64,000 nt of DNA from a virus, in the IMG/VR virus record IMGVR_UViG_3300025584_000449, positions 32,001 through 96,000 of that record; one strand, written 5' to 3'. Position numbers and translations under genes: made by a program. Each line of letters starts with the position of its first letter. Within the stretch, counting starts at the first letter, position 1. Shown here in pieces: positions 18,131 to 26,579 of this stretch. The notes beneath the pieces are model-generated. The model was given only the letters and a program-made list of their open reading frames with translations, did not search any database and was not told the DNA's origin.

Positions 18131-18184
18131 ATATTCCTCCTTTACTATTTTTCTTATACCTTTATAAGATAAAAAAATGGGGTA

Positions 18185-18982
18185 TTAAACCCCACTTTTT
18201 ACTCTTCTGTTCTTTAGCATTTTGTCCCTGATCTTCATACCCTTAATAATGTTAGCTACGTTTTTTGTAATCACTTGACCATTGCCTTTATTAATCATAA
18301 AGTCAATTTTAGCATTCCCAATATCCTCATCTAACAGTTCGCTTACTAGCTTTCTGTTAGACAATGAATACCTGAGCCAACTTCTTATTCTTACTATCTG
18401 ACCTCTAACCGTATCCTCTGTGGTCTCGGCTATTTTTGCTACTTCAGCGCTGGTGTGTTTTTCATGTCCGTCAAGGCCATAAAGAAGACAAACTAAATCT
18501 TTTTCCCACGGCTCAAGCCAAAGAGTTAACATTTTATTTATTAGCTCTTGTTCTTCTTTAGTCTCGTATTGTATGTCTGAAGTATTACCTACAATAACAC
18601 TCGAATACTCTAAGAAATCATGTTTGTTCACAAAATTTTTCTGCAAAGCTTCAATAGAGAAAGTTCCAATAGGAAGTTGCTTTTTAATTCTAAATGTGTT
18701 AATGATAAAATGTTTAATTTTAACAGCACACCTAACATCAAAAGTAACTTCTTCTTCAGAAGAACCTTTCCACGTGTCAATTGCTTTTAATACTCCCAGT
18801 CTTCCTATTTGCTTAAGATCGTCTATATCGTGTGTTGGTATACAACGGTTAGGTTTGAGATACCTATCATATCTCTTAGCAAAATAGATAATGGCAGGTG
18901 TGGCTATTTTTAATATTTCTTCAATAGCTTTCTTATCTTTATTTTGAGCTTTAAAAATTATAGAGTCTTGAACATTTTCCAC
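18185..18982 (-). CDS. Sigma70-family RNA polymerase sigma factor
   Basis: Region 2 DDLKQIGRLGVLKAIDTW; region 4 LYGLDGHEKHTSAEVAK. Confidence 0.85.
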   Translation of the reverse strand: MENVQDSIIFKAQNKDKKAIEEILKIATPAIIYFAKRYDRYLKPNRCIPTHDIDDLKQIGRLGVLKAIDTWKGSSEEEVTFDVRCAVKIKHFIINTFRIKKQLPIGTFSIEALQKNFVNKHDFLEYSSVIVGNTSDIQYETKEEQELINKMLTLWLEPWEKDLVCLLYGLDGHEKHTSAEVAKIAETTEDTVRGQIVRIRSWLRYSLSNRKLVSELLDEDIGNAKIDFMINKGNGQVITKNVANIIKGMKIRDKMLKNRRVKSGV

Positions 18983-19011
18983 TAACTTCTCCTTAATAGT
19001 GAATGGGTATG

Positions 19012-19083
19012 TGGAGCTGAAGAGGATCGAACTCTTGACCGCCGGATTGCAAACCCGGTGCTCTACCGCTGAGCTACAGCCCC
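19012..19083 (-). tRNA. tRNA-Ala(TGC)
   Basis: GGGGCTG/CAGCTCC with G3:U70; loop TTTGCAA. Confidence 0.93.
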
Positions 19084-19089
19084 AGTAAC

Positions 19090-19389
19090 CTAGTTACTTA
19101 ATTCTTTATGTAATTCTTCTTTTGTTAGCAATGCAGTATGAATGGTTCCATCTGCCATAAGAATTCTACCATAGTTCCTGCCTGTGGGAAGAGGAAGTCC
19201 TCTTTCCTTAGCAATCTTTAATTCTTTTGACCATTTTCCGCCAGAAGGGTCTGCTACCTCAGGAACTTGCCCAACTCCAGGAAGCCTAGACTGCCTAAGC
19301 TCCATAATATGCTCTGGATTGATAATGGCCATGCGAGTCTTACCAGCATCAGGATGGCCAACGAATACTTCAATCTCTCTAAATCTCAT
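19090..19389 (-). CDS. Hypothetical protein
   Basis: ORF with AGAGG RBS. Confidence 0.65.
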   Translation of the reverse strand: MRFREIEVFVGHPDAGKTRMAIINPEHIMELRQSRLPGVGQVPEVADPSGGKWSKELKIAKERGLPLPTGRNYGRILMADGTIHTALLTKEELHKELSN

Positions 19390-19474
19390 TAGAAAACCTC
19401 TGTTTAAATTTAATTATCATACAACTTTTTCAACCGTTCCAACTCTTTACGCTCTCTCACTTCTTTATTAGCTG

Positions 19475-19768
19475 CTAAAGTAATTTTCTTTTTCTAGCAG
19501 ATACTTTAGCTTTCTTATTTCTCTCTATTCGAGCATCGTACTCTGTGTCAGTCTCATCGCGGGTATATTTTATCTCTGCTTCTAGTTGTGGATCTACATC
19601 ATTATAATAGCCCCAGCATACTCCTGCTTCTAGGCGTAATGTTGCTTTTTCCCCATAGTTTACTATTAACTCTTGAATTACTTCTTCCCATTTTATTAAT
19701 GGAATTTCACCTAGATATTTGAATTTATCTTCAACATCTACTTTCTCATTTATTTGTTTTTTCTTCAT
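19475..19768 (-). CDS. Hypothetical protein
   Basis: ORF with GAGGTG RBS. Confidence 0.65.
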   Translation of the reverse strand: MKKKQINEKVDVEDKFKYLGEIPLIKWEEVIQELIVNYGEKATLRLEAGVCWGYYNDVDPQLEAEIKYTRDETDTEYDARIERNKKAKVSARKRKLL

Positions 19769-19781
19769 TTATCACCTCAGG

Positions 19782-19865
19782 TACAGGAGGAGAGACTCGA
19801 ACTCTCAAGCCCTTTCGAGCACTAGAACCTAAATCTAGCGTGTATGCCAATTCCACCACTCCTGC
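19782..19865 (-). tRNA. tRNA-Leu(TAG)
   Basis: Arm CTAGA-TTTAGGT-TCTAG; long variable arm. Confidence 0.92.
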
Positions 19866-19872
19866 ACTTATT

Positions 19873-20103
19873 CTATTCTAATTCAGCTTTTTTCTTTTCA
19901 AGTTCGCGCACTTCTCTTTCGAGTTTTGCTATTTCTTTACGAAGAGCTTTTTCTTCATTTTTCTTTCTATGCCAGTCGTCCTCGAACTGTTCGAGATCTT
20001 TTATTTGTTCAATCTTAGCTTCCATACGATTACCCATGCTTTGGGCTTCTTCAATTAATCCAAGAAATCCTGCGAAATTACGGCTTTTATACATTTTTCG
20101 CAT
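19873..20103 (-). CDS. Hypothetical coiled-coil protein
   Basis: Charged ORF starting inside a pseudo-tRNA. Confidence 0.55.
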   Translation of the reverse strand: MRKMYKSRNFAGFLGLIEEAQSMGNRMEAKIEQIKDLEQFEDDWHRKKNEEKALRKEIAKLEREVRELEKKKAELE

Positions 20104-20185
20104 AGGGCTCGAACCTATATTTACTCATTTGTCTCGGTGCCAGGAAAAAAATCAATGAGTCTTCTACCAATTGAATTACAGGGAC
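20101..20185 (-). pseudogene. Degenerate tRNA
   Basis: D-arm (GTAATTCAATTGGTAGAAG) and T-arm (ATAGGTTCGAGCCCTAT) present; 24-nt loop in stem ACTCATT/AATGAGT; 3' acceptor strand missing. Confidence 0.6.
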
Positions 20186-20203
20186 ACATTAATTTCTCAC
20201 AGG

Positions 20204-20287
20204 CGGATAGTATAGGATTTGAACCTATAAGAGCTTTCACACTCGATGCATTAGCAGTGCACTTCCTTACCGTTCGGACAACTATCC
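20204..20287 (-). tRNA. tRNA-Ser(GCT)
   Basis: Loop CTGCTAA, long variable arm, G73. Confidence 0.9.
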
Positions 20288-20324
20288 TTAAAAGTAAAGC
20301 CCTCCATAATTAGAGGGCTTTAAT

Positions 20325-20415
20325 TGGCGGCACGTCTAGGATTTGAACCCAGAGAAGCTGTTACACTCGTGGCCGATTTCAAGTCGGCTGCAATACCAGA
20401 TTATGCGAACGTGCC
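20325..20415 (-). tRNA. tRNA-Ser(TGA)
   Basis: Arm GCCGA-CTTGAAA-TCGGC; encoded CCA. Confidence 0.9.
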
Positions 20416-20418
20416 AAA

Positions 20419-21324
20419 TTACATAAATTGCGCCCAAGTCTTAGGATTTGTAAATGCGTGAGAGCTGCATTGGCTACCGCCAAATTCTGGTCTTTCCTCA
20501 TAACATAACCCTACCTTAAGATCTGTTTGTCTAGCTATTTCTAATACCTCTCTAAAAATTACTTCTAGAGATGTTCCAATTGGATGTCCACCTTCTGGTC
20601 TTACTGTTTTCACCCAGTCTGTTCCATTAGACGCCAGACCTTTTACTAGTACTGAATCATTTGGTTGTGCTCCTTCAGCTAGCTCTTCAGGAGAGATCCA
20701 TTTACCTACGGATTCCCAAAGTCTAGCACCATATCTACGACCTCTTCCATTGACCATCATCTCTTTATTACGGAGAGCACCAAATGCTCTGCACATGTGC
20801 TCGCATTCTTCTAGCATCGGTTGTGCCCAGTCTCCTGGTCCATATAGAGGCCATGCAGTTGTTCTTATATAATACGGTAGCTGCCAATAGTTTTTATTGG
20901 GAGACCAGTCATCTAAGAATAAACCACATCCTTCTAATTTATTAGCCATGTCCCACACCATTTGAAGGAATCTTTGGTTATGGAATTTATCTATAACGAA
21001 TAGATAAGGGCTTTTAATGCTTTTTAGTTCCGGCATTCCCAAGTCACCGGGAGCTGCATGGAATCTGGGGGAACTAGAGTCGATTACCTTGTAGATAGAA
21101 TCGCCCCACCAATCAATATACTTATATGATTTTTTGTGGAACTCTTTACCTAGTTTGGGATCAATATCTCTGTCAACAGAGTGTGATCCTCCTGCTGTAA
21201 ACACGAACTGATCATAAGGGATCAGGTCTTCTACTTGCCCATTTTGTACTGCCCAGTATGGGGAGTTGCCATACAAGAAGCAGATATTTCTGACAGCTCC
21301 TTTTTTTGTTTTTGATTTTGCCAT
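20419..21324 (-). CDS. Hypothetical Trp-rich protein
   Basis: 301-aa ORF with TTGACT-16-TATATT upstream. Confidence 0.75.
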   Translation of the reverse strand: MAKSKTKKGAVRNICFLYGNSPYWAVQNGQVEDLIPYDQFVFTAGGSHSVDRDIDPKLGKEFHKKSYKYIDWWGDSIYKVIDSSSPRFHAAPGDLGMPELKSIKSPYLFVIDKFHNQRFLQMVWDMANKLEGCGLFLDDWSPNKNYWQLPYYIRTTAWPLYGPGDWAQPMLEECEHMCRAFGALRNKEMMVNGRGRRYGARLWESVGKWISPEELAEGAQPNDSVLVKGLASNGTDWVKTVRPEGGHPIGTSLEVIFREVLEIARQTDLKVGLCYEERPEFGGSQCSSHAFTNPKTWAQFM

Positions 21325-21406
21325 TATTTCCTACTTTGTTTATATGATTATGTCTAACATTGAATGTTTCCTATAATATACTAAAACAAAGTAAAAAGTC
21401 AATAAG

Positions 21407-21480
21407 AAAGGCTGGTCGGACTCGAACCGACGAATAATGGATTTGCAATCCATCGCCTTAGCCAACTTGGCAACAGCCTT
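21407..21480 (-). tRNA. tRNA-Cys(GCA)
   Basis: Arm ATGGA-TTGCAAA-TCCAT; U73. Confidence 0.92.
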
Positions 21481-21488
21481 TTAGGATG

Positions 21489-21560
21489 AGCGGGTAGTCG
21501 GGATCGAACCGACGACAAGCAACTTGGAAGGATGCCACTCTACCACTGAGTTATACCCGC
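21489..21560 (-). tRNA. tRNA-Gly(TCC)
   Basis: Loop CTTCCAA; U73. Confidence 0.92.
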
Positions 21561-21565
21561 TTAGG

Positions 21566-21639
21566 TATGGAAGGTGAGACTCGAACTCACGACCCCCTGC
21601 TCCCAAAGCAGGTACGCTACCGGACTGCGCCACTTCCAT
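21566..21639 (-). tRNA. tRNA-Pro(TGG)
   Basis: Arm CCTGC-TTTGGGA-GCAGG. Confidence 0.92.
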
Positions 21640-21709
21640 ATGCAGAGTGCCAGGTGCCCATTAAAAACGCGACCTCTTAATGTTGGGTTGCACCCAACCC
21701 CTGGCACAA

Positions 21710-21907
21710 TTAAACTAGACCTTTCCTTACTCCTGGAAGGTCCATAAATCTATTCATATTGTCTTCCCTATTCTCCATGATTACTTTTATCTCATCAAGA
21801 GAGTAAGGAAAGAAATCGTGGGTATCAACTCCGACATCTATTTGTTTCCCGATGCCTGGAAGTGTACCATGTGAATGACCATATAGTTGCCATGAATTAA
21901 AATGACT
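21710..21907 (-). pseudogene. C-terminal remnant of a calcineurin-like phosphoesterase
   Basis: Startless frame SHFNSWQLYGHSHG..GKQIDVGVD..FPYSLDEI begins right after the stop of 21908..22186. Confidence 0.6.
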
Positions 21908-22186
21908 TTAGTCGCCATTGTGTGATCCTTCCATGACAGACTCCCAATCAATCTCTGTTTTGTCGCAGACTAAATGGTTGCTGTTGTTCCAGTAGAAATC
22001 TAGTCTGTGTGTGATATCGCGGAAGGGGACGTTTACCTCATCCTCACTTGTAGGAACAACGTATCTTCCTTCAAGAGCCATCCTTCGCACTAGCGCAGTA
22101 GCTATAGTTTTTCTTGGTTCTGTAATTTCACATATGCCAAGGTCTTTAACTTCTACAACCATACCTTCTGAAAGAGGAATAATCAT
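21908..22186 (-). CDS. Hypothetical protein
   Basis: ORF with AAAGGAAA RBS. Confidence 0.6.
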   Translation of the reverse strand: MIIPLSEGMVVEVKDLGICEITEPRKTIATALVRRMALEGRYVVPTSEDEVNVPFRDITHRLDFYWNNSNHLVCDKTEIDWESVMEGSHNGD

Positions 22187-22206
22187 TCTGTTTCCTTTCT
22201 TTTAGG

Positions 22207-22280
22207 GGTGACCGACGGAATTCGAATCCGTATATGACCAGTACCACAAACTGGCGCTTTACCAATTAAGCTACGGCCAC
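22207..22280 (-). tRNA. tRNA-His(GTG)
   Basis: Arm CCAGT-TTGTGGT-ACTGG; C73; no encoded G-1. Confidence 0.9.
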
Positions 22281-22283
22281 GGG

Positions 22284-22411
22284 TGGAAAGATCTGGATTC
22301 GAACCAGAGTCTGATGGGTTTAGCCCATTGTTTTAGCCACGTTACTTACTAAACGTTTAAATAGACACTGTACACATGTCCCGTTAGCTTTCATTCCAAA
22401 ACTATCTTCCC
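22284..22411 (-). ncRNA. Atypical tRNA-like RNA with ~55-nt D-loop insertion and 5-nt anticodon loop
   Basis: Acceptor GGGAAGA/TCTTTCC, T-arm TCTGG-TTCGAAT-CCAGA, arm ATGGG-CTAAA-CCCAT. Confidence 0.65.
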
Positions 22412-22414
22412 AGG

Positions 22415-22486
22415 TGGCGGAGGTGGGTAACGATCTCACTTGCCCTGGCTTATGAAACCAAGTACCGTACCTACGGTGTCTCCGCT
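22415..22486 (-). tRNA. tRNA-Met(CAT), initiator-like but atypical
   Basis: A1:C72 mismatch, loop TTCATAA, T-loop ATCGTTA. Confidence 0.7.
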
Positions 22487-22917
22487 CTATAATTATTATC
22501 TCTTATATCTTGTATAGTTTTTCTATGTACTCCATATTTTTTAGCAATCTGATTTATACCTTTTTTATTTGTTATATCTTTTCTAATATTTTTAATATCT
22601 TTATCAGAAAGTTTACAATTTGGATGTTTTTCTCCTTTTAATCTTGTACTTACTCTACAATTACAAGACAAGTGAGAAAATGCTATATTATCTAAATCCC
22701 AAAATAAGTCCGGGCTATTATCAAGCCATGGTTTTTTATGATCTATTGAAAATTGTTCTATTGTTTCAATTTTCTCGTTACATTGAAAACATATATCTTT
22801 TTTTAGCTCTTGTGCTAATTTGAACATAACTTTTTTTCTTAGTCTGTTACATGCAGTACTATAAGACACTCCAAGTTGTTCGGTTTTTCTACTATTGTGA
22901 TTTTTCTTTTTTTTCAA
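22471..22917 (-). CDS. HNH endonuclease with C-terminal HTH
   Basis: SIDHKKPW..NIAFSHLSCN; INQIAKKYGVHRKTI. Confidence 0.75.
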   Translation of the reverse strand: MKKKKNHNSRKTEQLGVSYSTACNRLRKKVMFKLAQELKKDICFQCNEKIETIEQFSIDHKKPWLDNSPDLFWDLDNIAFSHLSCNCRVSTRLKGEKHPNCKLSDKDIKNIRKDITNKKGINQIAKKYGVHRKTIQDIRDNNYRAETP

Positions 22918-22949
22918 ATTAAAGTTTCAGGTTAAGGTTAGTTAATGGG

Positions 22950-23021
22950 TAGCCCTAGGGAGAATCGAACTCCCATTTCCAGGTCGAAAACCTAGCGTCC
23001 TAGCCGTTAGACGATAGGGCC
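22950..23021 (-). tRNA. tRNA-Glu(TTC)
   Basis: GGCCCTATCGTCTAACGG 5' end; loop TTTTCGA. Confidence 0.92.
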
Positions 23022-23043
23022 AGCGCTGGTAGTTTCCTACCAG

Positions 23044-23196
23044 CTATTTATCAAAGTAATCAAGAATAAAATACCCACCAACCATGAGAATTATACCGCT
23101 AATTCCTAAAAACCCTAAGATCATTAAGAGTTTAATAAATAGAAATATAGCTCCTAATCCTAAAACTCCTAATCCTAACAATTCAGTAAACTTCAT
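23044..23196 (-). CDS. 50-aa two-TM membrane protein (not in track)
   Basis: MKFTELLGLGVLGLGAIFLFIKLLMILGFLGISGIILMVGGYFILDYFDK; overlaps the ligase stop. Confidence 0.65.
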   Translation of the reverse strand: MKFTELLGLGVLGLGAIFLFIKLLMILGFLGISGIILMVGGYFILDYFDK

Positions 23197-23987
23197 TCGT
23201 AATTCCTCTCTGAATGATAAGCCGGATGTCTAGGTATTCCAGCTTTAGTTTTTTCAAAATAAGTAAATGTTACTTTACTCCCTATTGCGGGTGGGTTCTC
23301 TCTTTCTTCATCAGAAAACCCCGTACCAACCTTAAATTGCTTTCCTTCAAACTCACATATTAGAGCACCTAGGCGTCCTTCATGTTTTCCTTTGCCTGGT
23401 TGATACTCCATCACTAGCGCTTCATCAGAGATAAACTCTTTTACTTTTAGAAGATGGGAGCTACGTTTCCCTACATATGGGGAGTCAGGCGCTCTTAGCA
23501 TTGTGCCTTCTCCACCACCATCTAATATCTTTTGTTTGAACTCATTAAAGTGCTCTAAGTCTCTACATAGTGTTTGTTCTACTATTTTACAATGCTTTGG
23601 TAGAGCTAGGCTATCAAGTTCTGTTTGTCTTTCTTCAAATGTACCTTCATCTATAATATCAAATATCATAAAAATAACATCTGTCCAAGGATCTTCGTGA
23701 CGTCTTACAACTCCTACTGTATTCTGGAACTCTCCTCTACCAATCCATAATTCCCCATCGAGAATAGTATCTTTTGGAAGATCTTTGATAAATCGTTCAG
23801 GTGCATAAAATACTTTATCTGCACGAGATCTTAACTCTGTTCCATTCCATACAGCGCGTACGCCATCTAATTTTTCACTCATCCAATGGCCGGATGGGTC
23901 TTCATCTTTATATGTCTTCGCTAACATTACTTTTATCACGTATTCATTTTTTTTAATTCTTTCCTTTTCTTTTATATATTTAGTCAC
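23193..23987 (-). CDS. Minimal ATP-dependent DNA ligase
   Basis: SEKLDGVR (motif I), LDGELW, EGTMLR, LLKVK, OB domain KVGTGFSD. Confidence 0.93.
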   Translation of the reverse strand: MTKYIKEKERIKKNEYVIKVMLAKTYKDEDPSGHWMSEKLDGVRAVWNGTELRSRADKVFYAPERFIKDLPKDTILDGELWIGRGEFQNTVGVVRRHEDPWTDVIFMIFDIIDEGTFEERQTELDSLALPKHCKIVEQTLCRDLEHFNEFKQKILDGGGEGTMLRAPDSPYVGKRSSHLLKVKEFISDEALVMEYQPGKGKHEGRLGALICEFEGKQFKVGTGFSDEERENPPAIGSKVTFTYFEKTKAGIPRHPAYHSERNYE

Positions 23988-24135
23988 CTTGGATATCCAT
24001 CAAGCGTTTCGAATTAACTCATTACTAATTCTTAAAGAACTAGTAACCTCAGCCTATTGAGTTAGGACGATGACCAGGAAGACTTAACTTACAATACTTA
24101 CAAAAGCATTATAATCGTGTGTCCCTCCCTTTAGG

Positions 24136-24208
24136 CGACTCATCTTGGATTCGAACCAAGGACAATCCGGTTAACAGCCGAACGCTCTACGCACTGAGCT
24201 AATGAGTC
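24136..24208 (-). tRNA. tRNA-Asn(GTT)
   Basis: Arm TTCGG-CTGTTAA-CCGGA; G73. Confidence 0.92.
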
Positions 24209-24212
24209 AAGG

Positions 24213-24285
24213 AGCCACCAGCAGGGATTGAACCCGCGACATCCTCATTACAAGTGAGGTGCTCTGCCAGCTGAGCTATGGTGGC
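24213..24285 (-). tRNA. tRNA-Thr(TGT)
   Basis: Arm CCTCA-CTTGTAA-TGAGG. Confidence 0.93.
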
Positions 24286-24546
24286 ATTTCTCTCTAACGT
24301 TACATGCTAAGATTATTAGCATCATGCATATCTTTTTAACATGTTGTAGTTTGCTAGAGACAGGAGTGGCGAAATATCTTACGCCTTAGTCTTTGAATTT
24401 GTATATTATATAAAAATATATAATACGCTACTCCCTTAAAATTAAAACTTAGTTACCTAACAGCTTCACTCATCAGTACAAGTACTGACTTCGGGTCTTT
24501 CGAGGGTTCTGGTTTGTAACTCTTACTACAACCCTTTTTTCAGAGG

Positions 24547-24620
24547 TGCACGAAAATGGACTTGAACCATTGACCTTTCGGTTATCAGCCGAATGCTCTA
24601 ACCAACTGAGCTACCCGTGC
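24547..24620 (-). tRNA. tRNA-Ile(GAT)
   Basis: Arm TTCGG-CTGATAA-CCGAA. Confidence 0.93.
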
Positions 24621-24630
24621 AACCAGCAAT

Positions 24631-24873
24631 TTAACAATCGCAGACTGGTTCATCAAGCTCACTAGTGCTAGGATCTGTGTCCAGCATCTTAGCAATGACT
24701 CTGTCAGTCATGTTGTTGGCCTGACGAGTTCTCTCTTTGTCAAGCTCTAGGATAACTCGCTTATTAACTGCTTTGTTATTTCTAGTGACCCATCTGTGGA
24801 TCATCTCAAAAATCTTCGAACGTAGTCCCTTAATATCTCCGACTTGCTCTTCAACAATACTTCTGATATCCAA
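24631..24873 (-). CDS. Hypothetical protein
   Basis: ORF between tRNAs with AGGAG RBS. Confidence 0.6.
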   Translation of the reverse strand: MDIRSIVEEQVGDIKGLRSKIFEMIHRWVTRNNKAVNKRVILELDKERTRQANNMTDRVIAKMLDTDPSTSELDEPVCDC

Positions 24874-24895
24874 AGCATTTCTCCTGTTTATTGTT

Positions 24896-24988
24896 TGGTG
24901 TAGAGGGCAGGATTTGAACCTGCAGTGTTAGCTCTCGCATCATTCAGGGTTACAGCCTGACGCCTTCAACCAATTCGACCACCTCTAC
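24896..24988 (-). tRNA. tRNA-Tyr(GTA)
   Basis: Arm TCAGG-CTGTAAC-CCTGA; long variable arm; encoded CCA. Confidence 0.92.
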
Positions 24989-25012
24989 ATTAGTTTATTT
25001 CTTATACCTTAA

Positions 25013-25132
25013 TTATCCGGAACGTGTGGCACCACATACAGTGCATTTATAATCCTTCGCACCCTCGTTGTGGACTCTCTTTCCTTTTCCATACTTCTCA
25101 TCCTGATACTTATGCTTACAAGAGCATCTCAT
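25013..25132 (-). CDS. 39-aa Cys/His (zinc-finger-like) protein (not in track)
   Basis: MRCSCKHKYQDEKYGKGKRVHNEGAKDYKCTVCGATRSG. Confidence 0.6.
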   Translation of the reverse strand: MRCSCKHKYQDEKYGKGKRVHNEGAKDYKCTVCGATRSG

Positions 25133-25209
25133 GATCTTACCCAATTTATTCCTCCGGTCGTGAATTTTTAACAATAGCACCTATAAATACTAATAAAATA
25201 AACACTAAA

Positions 25210-25395
25210 CTATAAATTATAATCATTTTTCTCTTCTTTTGTTACTAACGATTTACGCCTTTCTACTTTAAACTTTGGTACTGCGTTACACCAAGGGCAA
25301 CTCCCGTGGTTTCTACAGGTTCTGTCAAAAGCTTTACATCCTCTATATGGTTTTCTCCAGTCTTTTCTATTCGGATAGACTTTATCAAATGACAC
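25210..25395 (-). CDS. Small Cys-rich phage protein
   Basis: FDRTCRNHGSCPWC; GGAGG RBS. Confidence 0.7.
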   Translation of the reverse strand: MSFDKVYPNRKDWRKPYRGCKAFDRTCRNHGSCPWCNAVPKFKVERRKSLVTKEEKNDYNL

Positions 25396-25418
25396 TAAAC
25401 AACCTCCTAATTATAAGG

Positions 25419-25494
25419 CGGGAGCGACGAGACTCGAACTCGCAGTCGCCGGATCGACAGTCCGGTGCTTTACCAAAAGTTAAGCTACGCCCCC
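25419..25494 (-). tRNA. tRNA-Asp(GTC)
   Basis: Arm CCGGA-CTGTCGA-TCCGG; G73. Confidence 0.93.
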
Positions 25495-25498
25495 AAGG

Positions 25499-25571
25499 TG
25501 GCTTCGGGAGGGATTGAACCTCCGACGCCGGGATCTTCAATCCCGCGCTCTACCAACTGAGCTACAAAGCC
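25499..25571 (-). tRNA. tRNA-Phe(GAA)
   Basis: Arm CGGGA-TTGAAGA-TCCCG. Confidence 0.93.
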
Positions 25572-25625
25572 AAAAATCTCCAGTCCTTAGACCAGAGATT
25601 ATACTAAAAAATAATATATATAAAT

Positions 25626-26045
25626 CTACGGCTTAGGATCAATATAATCTCTTCTGTGCTCTTCGTAATGTAAAATATGGTGACAATTCGAACATAATAA
25701 TATGCATTTGTCTAATTCCTTCTTTAGTGAAGTCCATTTACGAGTTAAGCCGATAGAGGATATCGGAAAAGATTTTTGTTTGGGGTCCACGTGGTGGAAT
25801 GTGAGTGCTGCACGATGTTGGTCATATCCGCACTTTTCACATTTACCCCCTTTGTAAGCAATAGCTTTTAATTTAGATTGGTGTCTTCTTTTAGACACAC
25901 CGAATTTATTTTTACATGACTTAGAGCAAAAACGTTGTTGTTTACCCTCTAAAAGAGTTTCACACCAAATGCATTTTTTAAGCTGGCCATTCTTCTTGCC
26001 ATTCTTACCATTCTTGCCGTTGCGATGTCCGTTAGTTCGACTCAT
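25626..26045 (-). CDS. HNH endonuclease (paralog of 5822..6187)
   Basis: KGGKCEKCGY..LTFHHVDP..CILLCSNCHHILH; TTGACA-17-TATATT at 26080..26052. Confidence 0.87.
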   Translation of the reverse strand: MSRTNGHRNGKNGKNGKKNGQLKKCIWCETLLEGKQQRFCSKSCKNKFGVSKRRHQSKLKAIAYKGGKCEKCGYDQHRAALTFHHVDPKQKSFPISSIGLTRKWTSLKKELDKCILLCSNCHHILHYEEHRRDYIDPKP

Positions 26046-26135
26046 ATAATTAATATATGAAGCGAGTTAGCTCTTGTCAAGAAAAAAAGATAAAAAAGGG
26101 GTGTTAACCCCTTTTTTAAAACAACTGTCCTATGC

Positions 26136-26471
26136 CTATCGGTGCTTCCTTTGAAGTAGCATGTAAGACTTACGGACATGCTTGAAGTCGTCGTCGGTCT
26201 CGGCTTCTTTGATACCTGAGATGAGTTCATCGACTTCCTCGATGTCGTCCTCGTCCTCGAGGGACCCCTTGAACGCATTGAGCTTGTCAACCATCTTGTT
26301 GGTGAGAACCTCAACGCGTTTCTCACTCGCCATGTTCCCGACAGCTTCGGCGGCTTTATAGCCAAGCATTACACCAAACACTGCAAACAGCGTTGTGGTG
26401 AAGGCGGCAACAACGCTGCCACCAAGTTCTGACATAGTATAGCTTCCGCTACTATGATCTATCTGTTGCAT
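26136..26471 (-). CDS. Hypothetical membrane-anchored protein, GC-rich codons
   Basis: Own GGTATAAGAA motif and terminator; TM helix plus acidic tail. Confidence 0.7.
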   Translation of the reverse strand: MQQIDHSSGSYTMSELGGSVVAAFTTTLFAVFGVMLGYKAAEAVGNMASEKRVEVLTNKMVDKLNAFKGSLEDEDDIEEVDELISGIKEAETDDDFKHVRKSYMLLQRKHR

Positions 26472-26579
26472 TGGTAACTCCTTGTTAATGTGTTAGATCT
26501 ACCACATTATTCTTATACCTATTTTAAGCTAAAAAATTTTGAATTATAGCTAAAAAAGACCTCAATTGAGGTCTTGCGG

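Noticed and set aside
20325-20415. tRNA-Sec or opal suppressor
   Set aside because: Anticodon reads TGA (Ser), not TCA, and the acceptor stem is 7 bp.
24460-24520. Hammerhead ribozyme around CTGATGAG
   Set aside because: No GAAAC/GUH stem III register, and stem II pairs only one base; the segment is better explained as a simple hairpin.
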